Source: Azolla caroliniana (Eukaryota; Plantae; Polypodiophyta). Taken from it: a stretch of 64,000 nt of DNA. Shown in pieces: positions 63,090 to 64,000 of the stretch. The number at the start of each line of letters is the position of its first letter. Position 1 is the first letter of the stretch. Location: contig JBHGNT010000010.1 in assembly GCA_043228905.1 (NCBI GenBank), positions 20,956,001 to 21,020,000 of the forward strand. Reading direction: 5' to 3'. The position numbers and the translations under genes are program-made. The notes below the pieces were generated by a model. It saw only the letters and a program-made list of their open reading frames with translations, was not told the DNA's origin and did not search any database.

Positions 63090-64000
63090 ATCCAACAAGC
63101 TCGTTAAGCTTTCTTCTGCTCAGATAGCGGGAGGGAAAAAGGCGTCAAATTCAAAAAAGATTTTCTTTCTCGGACGTTAGCATTTGACGGCCGTGTCTTA
63201 TTATTATTATTATTATTATTATGTTACTTCCTGGGTCTGCAACGTGGAACTCTCAGATCATACTCCAACTATCTTTTGTTTTTGTGGAGATTTCGTTAAG
63301 TGTTTGTTGTCTTCCATGAGATTTCTAAGTGAAGTTTGTTCTAACTTCACTATAATGTTCATGGGAAGTGTCCTTGATAAAATTTCTATGATTTTCTACC
63401 TTGTTATGCTTTCTTTTGAGATCATGGCAAGTCTTTCTAAATTTGTCCATCACCCCACCTTAGGAACTCATCGTCTTTTGATCCAAGCTTGATAAAGTCT
63501 CTGGTACTACACTACACTCATTAATGATATGATGGGTATTAAATATTGTTTTATCCAACAAAAAAACCAAACCAAATCAACACGACAATCCTTGGATGCA
63601 ACAATTATGGTTTTGTAAGTGTTGCTATTTAAGAAAACCCTTGCATTTTTATAAGAACGATAATATTATTCCAAAAGACTTCATTGCTCCCAGAATTTCA
63701 TGTTGTCCCTTTAGAATTCCACAATCACGCATAAAATTCTAAAAATTGTGGGTGTGTAAACACATGGGTGGTCAAGACCTCTTGCCTCTAGTTGTCCGTC
63801 CATAGTGAACACACATCAAATGGAACCTTTGTAAATGTGGCATATAGTGATTCAAACAACAAGAAGCAGAATAAAACAGAGAACCTATGACGCCATACTG
63901 AAATGCCACTACTTATGAACACGTGAGTTATAGGACTGGGATTTAAATTAAACATTTTAACGACAATTTTCTTTATTGCAACAAGTATCTATAAACTCTA

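Overview
This is eukaryotic, land-plant nuclear DNA: AT-rich, with GT-AG spliceosomal introns, microsatellites and plant-type TE remnants. A small-genome non-seed vascular plant such as a fern is plausible, but that is inference only. By splicing exons manually I support nine protein genes: a divergent PP2A B'/B56 subunit (+), a COPI-associated/TVP15-like membrane protein (+), TIM9 (+), ALB3 (+), a PhzF-like protein (+), an intronless GC-rich nepenthesin-like aspartic protease (+), VPS26C/DSCR3 (-), TOM1/TOM3 (+) and a TTP/ZFP36-like CCCH-family protein whose zinc finger looks degenerate (-). Mobile DNA comprises copia and LINE remnants, two hAT-type MITE copies with 8-bp TSDs, a head-to-head pair of LTR-like sequences in an intron, and an ~85-bp plastid 23S rRNA insertion. 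The top finding is a structurally complete 2.5-kb non-coding LTR element (47767-50262, TSD CCCAT). Its PBS does not match a tRNA 3' end but is the exact 11-nt reverse complement of the sequence 32 nt downstream of its own LTR TATA box. This is the geometry of Tf1-type self-priming, here in a non-autonomous, chromovirus-derived element with an internal tandem array. All family assignments come from recalled motifs; no database searches were run.
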